64,000 nt of DNA, from positions 38,192,001-38,256,000 of the forward strand of contig NC_083417.1 in the NCBI RefSeq assembly GCF_020745735.1, written 5' to 3'. Positions 52,101 to 61,400 of the stretch are shown here, piece after piece. How positions within the stretch are numbered: position 1 is the first letter of the stretch; each line of letters starts with the position of its first letter. The notes beneath the pieces are model-generated. The model worked only from the letters and a program-made list of their open reading frames with translations. It searched no databases and had not been told where the DNA came from. The translations under genes were made by a program, and so were the position numbers. The stretch comes from Hemiscyllium ocellatum (Eukaryota).

Positions 52101-54547
52101 TGTACCTTCTCCACTGAGGTAACTTGAAGTGTTTTCAATTTGAATTTGGAAGTGCTTTTCTTTCATCACTTCTTACTGACTGTTACATTAAAAACTGTGA
52201 ATGGGTCTCAACAAAATCATGGTCAAGATTTTTTAGTTTGATCAGGTGACGTCGAATTATTTGTCACTTTACATCAACCTGCTTCCAACTGACAGTATTC
52301 ACATCTGTATAATTTTCTCATCCTACATTTTGAAGTTCTTACCATTATGAATGCTTATCCACAGTAAGTAAAGGAAAACCTCCAGAGGTCCTAAAGGTTT
52401 ACACTTCAGGCATTATTTTTCACTCACCTGTTACCGACAGAGTAACTTTCCCTGTGGCTTTGTCGGAAAATACTGCCACTGTGCAGGAGTATGACCCAAT
52501 GTCGTAAATCGTAACATTTTTTAGGAGTAAAGAAGCATTTGCTTTGCTTATTTCATTTATAGAGAGACTTGATCCTGGTCTATAGCTTTCATATTCTCCA
52601 AAGTCAAACAAGCAAACAGTTTTTTCCTCACTTCCCACTCTATGGTTCCACTCAATGACAATGTATCTCAAATCAACTGCAACAGCGCTTGAAAACGTGC
52701 AGCCAAGGAGGACATCTTCCCCAAAGGTGGCACTGACAGCTGGCGGGAGCATCACCTCCAGTGAAACTGCAATAAAAATAATAGACATCAAAAGAAAGTA
52801 GGGTCAATACATAGTTTATTAATCATTAATTTTATTTGTCAGCATTCAAAGGAGGGACAAATGGCTAGCAGTTTCAGGACCCAGGAGCTGGGAAACTCAC
52901 TGGGTCATGTTTCATTCTTATAGTTGCTACACTTTGGAGAAACACTTGCTTGGCTGTAAGGCTTATTACATAGAGACCTGGGAAAAAGGCTGCATTAATA
53001 CAAATCCAATGTCACCACCACCCCCCCCAACCCCCTCCTCCACCCCACCCACACCTCCAGCCAGATGAGCAGAGGCATTAAGTAGTGATATGGGTGGGAG
53101 AGAAGGAAGGGAAGGGGAGAGGCGGGCAAGTTTGGCTGCCATTGGGTTGAGGGGACCATGCTGTCAGCTGCCATTGCAAAATCAGACAGAAGCTTGTTTC
53201 GGGTTGAGCTGGACACATACAATTTGCCTGTTTTGGCTCGAACTTGCACTTTTAAAAATCTGTCTCTTTGGTGAAAGTCACTTGCTACATTAGAAAGCAG
53301 CAAAGTGACACTGCACCTCAAACAAATATATTAAATATGCTCTCCACAGATGGTGCCAGACCTGATGAGCTTTTCCAGCAATTTCTGTTTTTGTTTCTGA
53401 TTTACACCATCCACAGTTCTTTTGATTTTTATTTAATATTAAATCTGCTAATTTGCAGGGCTCTTCATTAAGGTGAATTTGCAGGGAGCTGTATGGACAA
53501 GACAGGTCAAATTGTGATCTTTCCTCACTGTAACAATTCTATGATTACAGGTGACTTTAATGCATTCAGTTCTCAATATCCGCGAGGGATTGGGGCATGA
53601 ACTTCCCATGTATAACAATAAGCACGATACCACTCCTATGTATCTCAAAGGACCGCAATGTTTACTGAGGCAAACTGGGTGAGACAATGGGATAAAAAGA
53701 GGTCTGGGGTAGACTTCACGAGTACGAGGGTAGCAGATAGCAAGGTGTGAGCACACCACAGGAAATTTTGAAGAGCTGAAATACATATTTGAATACTGCA
53801 GTGACTCTTTTGGAGTTTAATAGAAAATTACTTAAATTTACTGAGTGCTGTCGCTTCAGGATAATATTTCTTGTCAGATTCATAACAGAGAGAGTTTGAA
53901 GCTTGCGCAAGAAAGAAACCAATTCAAGGCAGACATGTCTGATGGATGAAGGGGAAATCCAAAACTGACAAATTACAGTACAACAGCCAGAACTCTTTCA
54001 CTTGTTTGTAAGTCATTCTGTAGGTCCTTAGCTAGGGTGATGTGCTTCCTCTCCAAAAGGTGAATTTTTAACCAAACAACAGTAGTTACAGAGTCACTGT
54101 ATGGCTAGCTGTTATTCCCAGATTTTTACTGAGTTCAAACTTCACCATCTGCTATAGTAATATCTAAAGCAATGTCCACATCTCAGGAGGCTGTCCTGGA
54201 TTACTTGTCCAAAGACGCTAAGACTATGCCACTGTTTCCTTATTTTATCTCCTGAAGAAAAATAACTTGAGACCACTGTAGTCATTAGATATTTACTTGC
54301 TTTGAGTAATGTGCAACATACCAAATATCATATTTATTGCTTCACTAAAAGAACTTTCATCAAAATATATATTTCCACTTTCTAAGCCTGAAATGAAGGC
54401 CTATACTTCACGTCACCCCTTTCACATCCGTAAAGCTACGAAGAAACGACTTCAGTGTCTATAGTAACAGAGAGGTAAAGCAATTCTCCACTTACCCGCT
54501 AAGGGGACAAAACAAAATATAATCAATTCTACTAAAAAGCAATTCAT
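19056..54547 (-). CDS. Spliced model: signal peptide-IgV-IgC1-IgC1-CARD-NACHT-LRR (12 exons, 3831 nt, 1276 aa). One internal TAG, so possibly a null allele or young pseudogene; may instead be two tandem genes
   Basis: Exons 54496-54547, 52428-52766, 44559-44888, 39317-39751, 34159-34596, 31153-32881, 27757-27843, 23805-23888, 23589-23672, 22198-22281, 21167-21250 and 19056-19140. All introns are GT..AG with matching phases (1,1,1,1,1 then 2) and the total length is divisible by 3. The 39317-to-34596 join is inferred. Confidence 0.6.
19705..19885 (-). mobile_element. Solo-LTR-like repeat (same family as 39961-40149)
   Basis: Shared ctccctgattgg / cagcccc / cttgacactga motifs in the opposite orientation. 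Confidence 0.45.
21167..21250 (-). CDS. LRR exon LGDNGISEKGSDYFRSALEVNDTLEELW
   Basis: 84 nt, phase 2-2, ttgtag| ... |gtaaga. Confidence 0.9.
22198..22281 (-). CDS. LRR exon LQFNKIGDEGAMYMAEAMKKNRSLVELR
   Basis: 84 nt, phase 2-2, gtttcag| ... |gtaagt. Confidence 0.9.
23589..23672 (-). CDS. LRR exon LRANSVRGKGARSIAEALEMNTTLRVFG
   Basis: 84 nt, phase 2-2, cactag| ... |gtattg. Not in the ORF track. Confidence 0.88.
23805..23888 (-). CDS. LRR exon LKHNSIQEKGAAQIADALKTNRSLKTLG
   Basis: 84 nt, phase 2-2, cacag| ... |gtatgc. Confidence 0.9.
24237..24503 (-). mobile_element. HE1-type V-SINE
   Basis: Homologous to 496-797. Confidence 0.88.
24640..27170 (-). mobile_element. Internally deleted CR1 LINE (ORF1 esterase plus ORF2 pieces)
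   Basis: VIVHIGTNNIG and VVISGLLP (esterase); DKSPGPD, YRPVSLTS, SGVPQRSVLG, SKFADDTK. Confidence 0.9.
27757..27843 (-). CDS. LRR exon SLEGNMLEDEGAEIIANALRSKMCRIEILR
   Basis: 87 nt, phase 2-2, ccacag| ... |gtaaat; ribonuclease-inhibitor-like LRR. Confidence 0.88.
27960..28620 (-). mobile_element. Degenerate LINE ORF2 fragment
   Basis: QSWVNEEHRRPCHEQ resembles the PWFNEECRRAC region of CR1-group ORF2 (recalled pattern, not searched). Confidence 0.5.
30301..30378 (-). pseudogene. Possible decayed LRR exon (LEKNDLT*...TIK*L)
   Basis: Acceptor tttacatag| and donor |gtgagc, 78 nt, phase 2-2, LxxNxL start, two in-frame stops. Confidence 0.3.
30625..30990 (-). mobile_element. PLE 3' fragment
   Basis: Same terminal arm and purine-rich 3' region as 11319-12861. 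Confidence 0.7.
31153..32881 (-). CDS. NLR NACHT-HD1-WHD-HD2 exon, interrupted by in-frame TAG at 32154-32156
   Basis: Walker A GVAGIGKS, Walker B LFLFDGLDE, ILITSRP, LCYVPAFC, FFHLTHQEFFAALY. ORFs 32154..32945 and 31146..32150 share one frame across the TAG. Acceptor aattacag| and donor AG|gtatta. Confidence 0.93.
33455..33580 (+). mobile_element. PLE terminal fragment with hammerhead-like core
   Basis: ctgatgaagggcttgtgctcgaaacgtcgaa..gatgctgcctaacctgctgtgc. Confidence 0.7.
34159..34596 (-). CDS. CARD (death-fold) exon with no start codon of its own
   Basis: Acceptor ctgaacag|GT GCT and donor GAA G|gtaggc, 438 nt, phase 1-1. Sequence RRTVVNYISPNILPLLNLLVNKKIISEDDHNAIK..GRTLLDMLSHRGQKSCANFLNVL. 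An in-frame TGA lies just upstream of the acceptor and the first Met is inside the domain. Confidence 0.85.
36617..36865 (-). mobile_element. HE1-type V-SINE, 5'-truncated
   Basis: Tail and V-domain present; tRNA head missing. Confidence 0.75.
36866..37480 (+). mobile_element. CR1 3' fragment
   Basis: ERVFPLVGESLTRGHNLRV..RRNFFS. Confidence 0.75.
38490..39130 (+). mobile_element. L2 LINE 3' fragment
   Basis: gctgctgaaacagtcatccatgcttttgttacctctag resembles the AETxIHAFVTS motif of L2 ORF2. Confidence 0.6.
39317..39751 (-). CDS. Atypical Ig C1-set exon 2 (about 35 aa longer, F-strand Cys replaced by Phe)
   Basis: Acceptor ttttttcag| and donor |gtgagt, 435 nt, phase 1-1. Motifs LACAVLWFKPKAVKVSW, GAYSLVSQL, YSFEVQHDAL. 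Confidence 0.85.
39961..40149 (+). mobile_element. Solo-LTR-like repeat
   Basis: TG..CA ends, internal AATAAA, second copy near 19705-19885; no TSD seen. Confidence 0.45.
40340..40970 (+). mobile_element. CR1 3' fragment containing a 29-bp perfect inverted repeat
   Basis: CFVQFWNPQYRRDAIVLERLQRRFTR. Confidence 0.75.
41162..41365 (+). mobile_element. Miniature fold-back PLE insertion
   Basis: Inverted termini; TSD TAACA(C/G)TAGAATCAGA at 41146-41161 and 41366-41381. Confidence 0.72.
43525..43860 (+). mobile_element. HE1-type V-SINE, diverged
   Basis: gttagcactgctgcgtcacagtgcc, then V-domain, then atgggccaaatggcct tail. Confidence 0.78.
44559..44888 (-). CDS. Ig C1-set domain exon 1
   Basis: Acceptor gtctttgtag| and donor |gtgagt, 330 nt, phase 1-1. 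Motifs ICEMKNFYPKNHSISW, QNEDGTFNLLSFL, YVCKVIHEAL. Confidence 0.92.
46130..49800. mobile_element. Cluster of CR1 ORF2 fragments in both orientations (about 46130-46640 +, 46640-49100 -, 49190-49800 +)
   Basis: YLDFQ, SKFADDTKLG, LVRLHLEYCVQIWSP, GKSCLTNL motifs. Confidence 0.85.
50060..50146. repeat. Interrupted (GA)n microsatellite
   Basis: Directly visible; explains the LSLSLS ORFs. Confidence 0.95.
51590..52050 (+). mobile_element. CR1 3' fragment
   Basis: gagggcttgtcatatgaggag..ttcagccagaggttggtgaatct..gggctaaatggcct. Confidence 0.7.
52428..52766 (-). CDS. Ig V-set domain exon (B7-H6/tapasin-related-like)
   Basis: Acceptor ttttattgcag| and donor |gtgagt, 339 nt, phase 1-1. Motifs LGCTF, IEW, NASLLLKNVTIYDIGSYSCTV. 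Confidence 0.92.
54496..54547 (-). CDS. Leader (signal peptide) exon MNCFLVELIIFCFVPLA
   Basis: ATG at 54547-54545, 17 mostly hydrophobic codons plus 1 nt, then a consensus donor G|GTAAGT. Its phase 1 joins the V exon in frame (..VPLA-VSLEV..). Too short for the ORF track. Confidence 0.8.
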
Positions 54548-54635
54548 TGTTCCATGCGTTTCAATTTAAAGCAGAATTATGATAACAATACATAATCAAC
54601 AAGTAAACTACAGCGCAACATCTTAGCCGACAAAT

Positions 54636-54669
54636 GAAAAGCAAAGCGAAAGCAAACAGCACAGGAAGT
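54636..54669. promoter_or_regulatory. Putative IRF/ISRE-like plus ETS element upstream of the leader exon
   Basis: GAAAAGCAAAGCGAAAGCAAAC followed by AGGAAGT, about 90-120 bp 5' of the ATG. Confidence 0.45.
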
Positions 54670-55529
54670 TGCAAGTATGAACGTATTCATTTATGAAGGT
54701 TCCTGGTCCACCTCGGAAGTAATCTGCATGATAGCGCTGAGCATTCGTAAACTAATAATTAAAAAATCAGGTTTGCCAAAATCTTCATGAAAGGTGTGCT
54801 GTTTTAAAACGGACCATTACCACGTGGAAATAAAGAGATTTTGAAAGATAGAACTCCTTTATATCATAACATAGCAAATATCAAATAGCGGAAATCTGAG
54901 ATAAAAACTGAAAATGCCGAACTATTGAGAAGACATTGAGTAAACTCGGACAGGTTAATGCTTCAACCTGAAATTCTGCAGAGATAAATAATTTAAAAAT
55001 AATTAAAACAGAAATGTCAGAACTACGAATATACGAATATGAGATAAGGAGAAACAAGGATGCAGATGAGTCTGATGTATGGTGATATAACTTTGATCTC
55101 AAGAATCATATATCAGAGACTCTGCTAGAGGATTGTACCAAAGCAACTGTAGGGTATAGGTGTCTTCTGAGGTTCTTCTGCAGATTGTAAAAATACTGTT
55201 TGAACAAAGACCTTCAGGTCTAGTTGGAGATTATTGAAACAGATTAAACGTTAAACAAGATGTGCTATTTAAAAATCCACCAGATTCAGTTAAAGTTGGA
55301 AAAAGAGAAATTTTACATGAAGTAAAAACAAATAAATACTGTGGCAGCAAGAGCAACTTAGAAGCTGAGAATTCTGCAGTACCTTGCTGCCTGAATCCTT
55401 TAAGCCTGTCCATCAACTGCAAGGCACAAGTCAGAAGTGTGGTGGAATAATCCACACTTGGTTAGTTGGGTGCAGCTCCAACAACACTCAAGTAGCATGA
55501 CACCATCCAGGACTAAGCAGCCTGCTTGC

Positions 55530-55740
55530 ATGTGAGATCCTTTACGCACACCCAGACTCTCAGCCGCACTGCACGCTGCCCTCGAAGTGGCTTTTGGGGG
55601 TGGGGGGGGGGGGGGGGGAGGTGGGAAACGAGACTGTCACACACCTTCTGGAATGTGCCTATGCAGGAGAAGTCTGGAGAGGAATGCAGTGGAGTTTGTC
55701 GAAGTTCATCACGAGCAGCGCCGTGATACCAGCGCCCACA
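55530..55740 (+). mobile_element. Tx1/L1-clade ORF2 C-terminal zinc-knuckle fragment
   Basis: RCPRSG..ETVTHLLECAYAGEVW fits the zf-RVT pattern. Confidence 0.6.
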
Positions 55741-55742
55741 CT

Positions 55743-55988
55743 GACCCTCCAAAGAGCAACCCACCCAGACCCATTCCCCTACACCTAACACTACAGGCAA
55801 TTTAGCATGGCTAATTCACCTAACCTGCACATTCTTTTTGGACTGTGGGAAGAAATCAGAGCACCCGGAGGGAACCCATGCAGACAAGGGGAGAATGTGC
55901 AGACTCCACACCAACAGTTGCCTGAGGCAGGAATTGAACACAAGTCTTTGGCATAGTGAGGCAACAGTGCTAACCACTGAGCCACCGT
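55743..55988 (-). mobile_element. HE1-type V-SINE
   Basis: Homologous to 496-797. Confidence 0.82.
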
Positions 55989-57061
55989 GCTACCTACATA
56001 CTGCAGTAACTCACAAAGACTCCTGCTGAATGTACCACAACATCTTTCTTACCTTAACCTACCAATGCCAGTATCAAGGTCAAGGTGGCAAAGTGGTTAC
56101 TGTGCAATGATGAACCTAGCTCTGCTAACCCTGTAAAAGCTTCCTTACCAACATCTGCGGACATGTGCTGCACCTCAGTACCAGACAAAGACCATCACCA
56201 TGCTCGACACCATCCAAGGGACTCTATTCACCACCTAAAACAGTAATCTTTGCCAATATATACCATATACAAGGTACACCATCCACAAGATGCGTCACAC
56301 TAATCCAGCAACTATCCTATGACAGTAAGTCAGCACCTTCCAAACTTGTGATCTTTGCCTCCTGTAAGGACAGAGTAGCAGATGCATGAAAACACCAACT
56401 ACACGTTCTCTTCCAAGCCAAATCATGCTGACTTTCACAGGATGAGGATGTTACTGGCTAGGCCAACTTTTATTGCCCATCACTAATTGTCCGGAGGGCA
56501 GTTAAGAGTCAACCACATTACTGTGGGTCTGGAGTCACAGATAAGTCAGACCAGCTAAGGATTTACTTTTTTAAAGGGCGTGAGTGAAGCAGATGGGTTT
56601 TTCCCAACAATGGATTCATAATTAGATTGTTAATTTCAAATCTTTATTGGTTTATTTTATTTTACCACTTGCTGTGGCTAGATTCAAACCCAAGTCCCCA
56701 GAATGTTCCCTGGGTCTATGGTTTAATGTGTCAATAATAATACCACTAGGCCATAGGCCATTGTCACCACTTGCAACCATATTGCTATTCCTTCAATTTT
56801 AATGGGGCAAAACCTTGGAATCCCTTCCTTACAGCACTGCGAGCATTTCTATTGTCACAAAGTTAGTCCTTTTTTTTCTCTAAAAACTGTTCCTTGGCTC
56901 AAGGAGACTCTGCCCTTGATTTTTTTTCGGAGGGGCAATAAACCAGGCTGGATTCCAATCAATCTGGTTTGGTACAGAGATGAAAAGAATTTTGAGAGCC
57001 TTTTGTTTATATGTAAACAGATGAGACTTCAGGCCAAAATGGTCATGTTTTAGAAGTGACC

Positions 57062-57499
57062 TGTATAATGAAAGGGGAATGGTTAGCACTTAGCTAGCTC
57101 ACCTGGGCAGGCTTTAGTTCAGTCTTGAACTGGGAAGTTCAACAGGAAGCTGTGTTGAAACTCTTTTTTTTCTGACCTTCAACTTCAACTTGTAAGCATG
57201 TGTTCCATTTATACTAGTTTTTAAAGGGAGTTTGCTTATTCGAACTATTGTGTATATTGGGAACCGCATAATTAAGTGTAGTTGGATAGGCTGAGTTCTG
57301 TAGGGTTTCGTTATTCTGTTATTTGTGTTTCATTGTGTAATTTGTGAATAAATATTTTGTCTGTTTTAAAATCTAGTAGTCAACCTAGCTATCTTACTCC
57401 AGATGATTTTTACTGTACATGTACTGAAACAAATTGCAAGGTTAGGTCTAGGGCTGCCTGCTTAAGAATGTTTTGAGTGGGCTGGCCTAGTCCATAACA
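57062..57499 (+). mobile_element. Solo-LTR-like element
   Basis: TGTAT..ATAACA ends and internal AATAAA; no TSD found. Confidence 0.4.
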
Positions 57500-58029
57500 C
57501 TATGTCCTAAGGACTATAGCGGTTCAATAAGGCAGCTCATCACTATCTTCTCCAGGCTATTAGGGAAAGATGTCCATATTCTATGGATTAAAAAAGGCTC
57601 TGACCAATCTTCCCTGCTAGCTTGTATCTGTAGTCACAAATTAGCCTTCACGTTATTGAGCATAGAAAGAACATAACTTTACAGAGAATTTTGATGCTGA
57701 CCATCCCCAATATCACAAGAACTAATCTGAATTGAGCGCTTACAATTTATTCAGCAGTAGTAATTGCCAAAGTTAAGTCTTACCTGCTCTTACCAACAGG
57801 AGCACACACACATCCTTCTCACACAGCAACCTTTACTTTATATTGGTGCTTTCTTTATTTCAGCAATGATAAACGAAATCAAGGTTTCAATAGTGGCCCT
57901 GCCCTTGAGCCTGTCAGCCTGGGTTCAAGTCTCAGCTGATCCAGAGGTGTGTCATAGCACATCTGAACAGGTTGAGCATTCAGATTAAAAAAGATCATCA
58001 GTGACAAATATTAGGTTTTTCATTTTCTC

Positions 58030-58835
58030 TTTAACACTGAATTGTGGAATATTGTGTGCAATTCTGGTCTCTTCCTATCAAAAGGATGTTGTGAAACTTG
58101 AAAGGGTTCAGAAAAGATTTACAAGGATGTTGCAGGGTTGGAGGATTTGAGCTATAGGGAGAGATTGAATAGGCTGGGGCTGTTTTCCCCGGAGCATTAG
58201 AGGCTGAGGGGTGACCTTAGAGGTTTATAAATCATGAGGAGAAAGTGAGGTCTGCAGATCAGAGCTGAAAATGTGTTGCTTGAAAAGCGCAGCAGGTCAG
58301 GCAGCATCCAAGGAACAGGAAATTCGACGTTTCGGGCATAAGCCCTTCATCAGGAAAGAGATGAAGGGCTTATGCCCGAAACATCGAATTTCCTGTTCCT
58401 TGGATGCTGCCTGTCCTGCTGCGCTTTTCCAGCAACACATTTTCAGCTATAAATCATGAGGGGCATGGAAAGGGTAATTAGACGGTCTTTTCCCTGAAGT
58501 GGAGGGGGAGTCCAGAACTCGAGGACGAGAGGGGAAAGATATAAAAGAGATATAAGGGGCAATGTTTTAATGCAGAGGATGATACGTGTATGGAAAGCTG
58601 CCAGAGGAAATGGAGTCCAGAACTCGAGGGCATAGGTTTAGGGTGAGAAGGGAAAGATATAAACGAGACCTAAGGGGCAACTTTTTCACACAGAGGGTGG
58701 TGCGTGTGTGGAATGGGCTGTCAGAGGAAGTGGCGGAAACTCGTACAATTGCAATGTTTAAAATGCATTTGGATGGGTATATGAATAGGAAGGGTTTGGA
58801 GGGACATGGGCTGGGTGCTGGCAGGTGGGACTAGG
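58030..58835 (+). mobile_element. CR1 3' fragments hosting a mini-PLE
   Basis: ctattgtgtgcaattctgg..RGNFFTQRVVRVWN. Confidence 0.8.
58240..58447 (-). mobile_element. Miniature fold-back PLE insertion, near-perfect palindrome
   Basis: Perfect 14-bp TSD TATAAATCATGAGG at 58226-58239 and 58448-58461. Confidence 0.82.
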
Positions 58836-58839
58836 TAGA

Positions 58840-60460
58840 ACATAGATCAATACAGCGCAGAACAGGCCCTTCAGCCCTCGATGTTGCGCCGACCTGTGAA
58901 CTATTCTCAGCTTGTCCCCCTATACTATCCCATCATCATCCATGTGCTTATCTAAGGATTGTTTAAATCTCCCTAATGTGGCTGAGGGGTTGACTACATT
59001 AGCAGGTAGAGCATTCCATGCCCTTACCACTCCCTGTTTAAAGAACCTGCCTCTGACATCGGTCTTAAATCTATCACCCCTCAATTTGTAATTATGCCTC
59101 CTCGTACAAGCTGACATCATCATCCTAGGAAAAAGACTTTCACTGTCTCCCCTATCTAATCCTCTGATCATCTTGTATGTCTCCATCAAATCCCCTCTTA
59201 GGTCTGTTCTCATTCGAAAGAAGAACGCTAAGTCTTTCAGCTTTTCCTCATAAAACCTTTCCTCCGGACCAGGCAACATTCTGATAAATCTCCTCTGCAC
59301 CTTTTCCAATGCTTCTACATCCTTCCTGAATTATGGCAACCAGAACTGTACACAATATTCCAACTGTGACAGCACCAGCGTTTTGTATAGTTGCAGCATG
59401 ATATTGCAGCTCTGGAACTCATTCCCTCTACGAATGAAACCTAACACACCATATGTCTTCTTAACAGCATTATCCATCTGGGTGGCAACTTTCAGGGATC
59501 TATGTACATAGACTCCAAGATCCCTCTGCACATCCACACTACCAAGAATCTTTCCATTGACCCAGTACTCTGCCTTCCTGTAATTCTTCCCAAAGTGCAT
59601 CACCTCACATTTAGCTGCATTGAATTCCATTTGACACCTCTCAGCCCAATTCTGCAGTTTATCCAAGTCCCCCTGCAACCAGTAACATTCATCCAAGCTA
59701 TCCACTACTCCACCGACTTCCGTGTTGTCTGCAAATTTACAAATCCATCCACCTATGCCTGTGTCTAAGTCATTTATAAAAGTGACAAACAGCAGTGGTC
59801 CCAAAACAGATCCTTGTGGCACACCACTTGTAACCAGACTCCAGGCTGAATATTTTCCATTAACAACCACTCACTGCCTCCTTTCAGAAAGCCAATTTCT
59901 AATCCAAACTGCTAAATCACTCTCAATTCCATGCCCATGCATTTTCTCCATCAGCCTACCATGTGGAACCTTATCAAAGGCTTTACTGATGTCCATGTAT
60001 ACCACGTCAACTGCCCTACCCTCATCTACATGCTTGGTCACTTTCTCAAAAAACTCAATGAGGTTCGTGAGACACAACCTGCCCTTGATGAAATCATGTT
60101 GACTATCTGAAATCAAATTATTGCTTGCTAGAGGATTATAATATAATCCTTTCCAAAACCTTTCCTCCAACAGAAGTAAGGCTCACTGGTCTATAATTAC
60201 CTGCATCATCTCTTCTGTCCTTCTTGAACAAGGGCACATTTTCAATCCTCCAGTCCTCTGGTACTAAACCTGTAGACAATGACAACTCAAATATCAAAGC
60301 CAAAGGCTCTGCGATCTCCTCCCTAGCTCCCCAGAGAATCCTCGGATAAATGCTATCCGGTCCAGAGGACTTGTCTACTTTCATACTGTCTAGAATTGAT
60401 AGCACCTGTTTGCAACTAACCTCGATCCTTTCTAGTCCCATATTTCGTACCTTTTTCTTC
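58840..60460 (-). mobile_element. CR1 LINE 3' half (RT)
   Basis: DKSSGPD, YRPVSLTS, VYMDISKAFDKVPH, SGVPQGSVLGP, CKFADNT. Confidence 0.9.
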
Positions 60461-61087
60461 TCCTCTCCACAGGATCACGAAGTGTGCTCCTTCCATTGGG
60501 CCTCTTATCCTCTAGACACTGTCAACTACAGTTCATTGACTTATGCACATACATGTCCATGATCTAACTTGCACCAAGTTCTACTCATTCAGCAGTCTTC
60601 ATTAACCTGCACAGATTTCCACTCCCAACATGTCTTGATCTTAAAAGTTTAATTTGTAAATTCTTCCTTGTCCTTCTACCTCAACTCTGTAATCTCCTCC
60701 AGCACATCATGCTGCATCCAGTCCCTGTACAGTTCCTTCTCATCCATCCATTAACAGTCACGCCAGCAGCCCTGCAAGTATTACACTCTGGAAATTCTTC
60801 AAATCCTGTATCCATCTACTTCCCTGCTGTTTTTTTTCCCCCAAAATCACCCTTAAAACTCACCCATTTAACCCTCAGTGTGTCTTTTTTGATTCACTTC
60901 CTCTTGTGTCTCTGTGGAGCACATTTGTATGTTAAAAGGGTATGAAATGCAAGTTGTTGGCACTTCTAATATAAATCAACAATGTTTTTCCCTTTACATT
61001 TTAATAAAATTAAACATTTGATAAATAAATTACTTGCAGTAAGTGGTTATTGTTATAATATATATTTGATACACATTAATGGAATGT

Positions 61088-61400
61088 TGGGGCGGCACGC
61101 TGGCTTGCACCGCTGCCTTACAGCTCCAGGGACCAGAGTCCGGTTCCACCCTCAGACAGCTGTCTGTGTGGAGTTGCACATTCTCTCTGTGTCTGTGTGG
61201 GTTTCCTCCAGGGGCTTCGGTTTCCTCTCTCAGTCCAAAGATGTGCTAAATTGCCAATAGTGTCCAGTGATGTGAAGTTTAGCTGGATTAACCATTGGAA
61301 ATGCAGGATTACAGGGATAGGGTCAGGTGGTGGATCTGGATGAGATTCTCTTTGGAGGGTCAGTGTGAACTTCATGGGCCAAATGGCCAGCTCCCACATT
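61088..61400 (+). mobile_element. HE1-type V-SINE, diverged
   Basis: gggcggcacgctgg.., ctgtgtggagttgcacattctc.., catgggccaaatggcc. Confidence 0.78.

Noticed and set aside
58500-58690. Direct repeat of ggagtccagaactcgagg..ggaaagatataaa
   Set aside because: Tandem CR1 3' fragments; ordinary.
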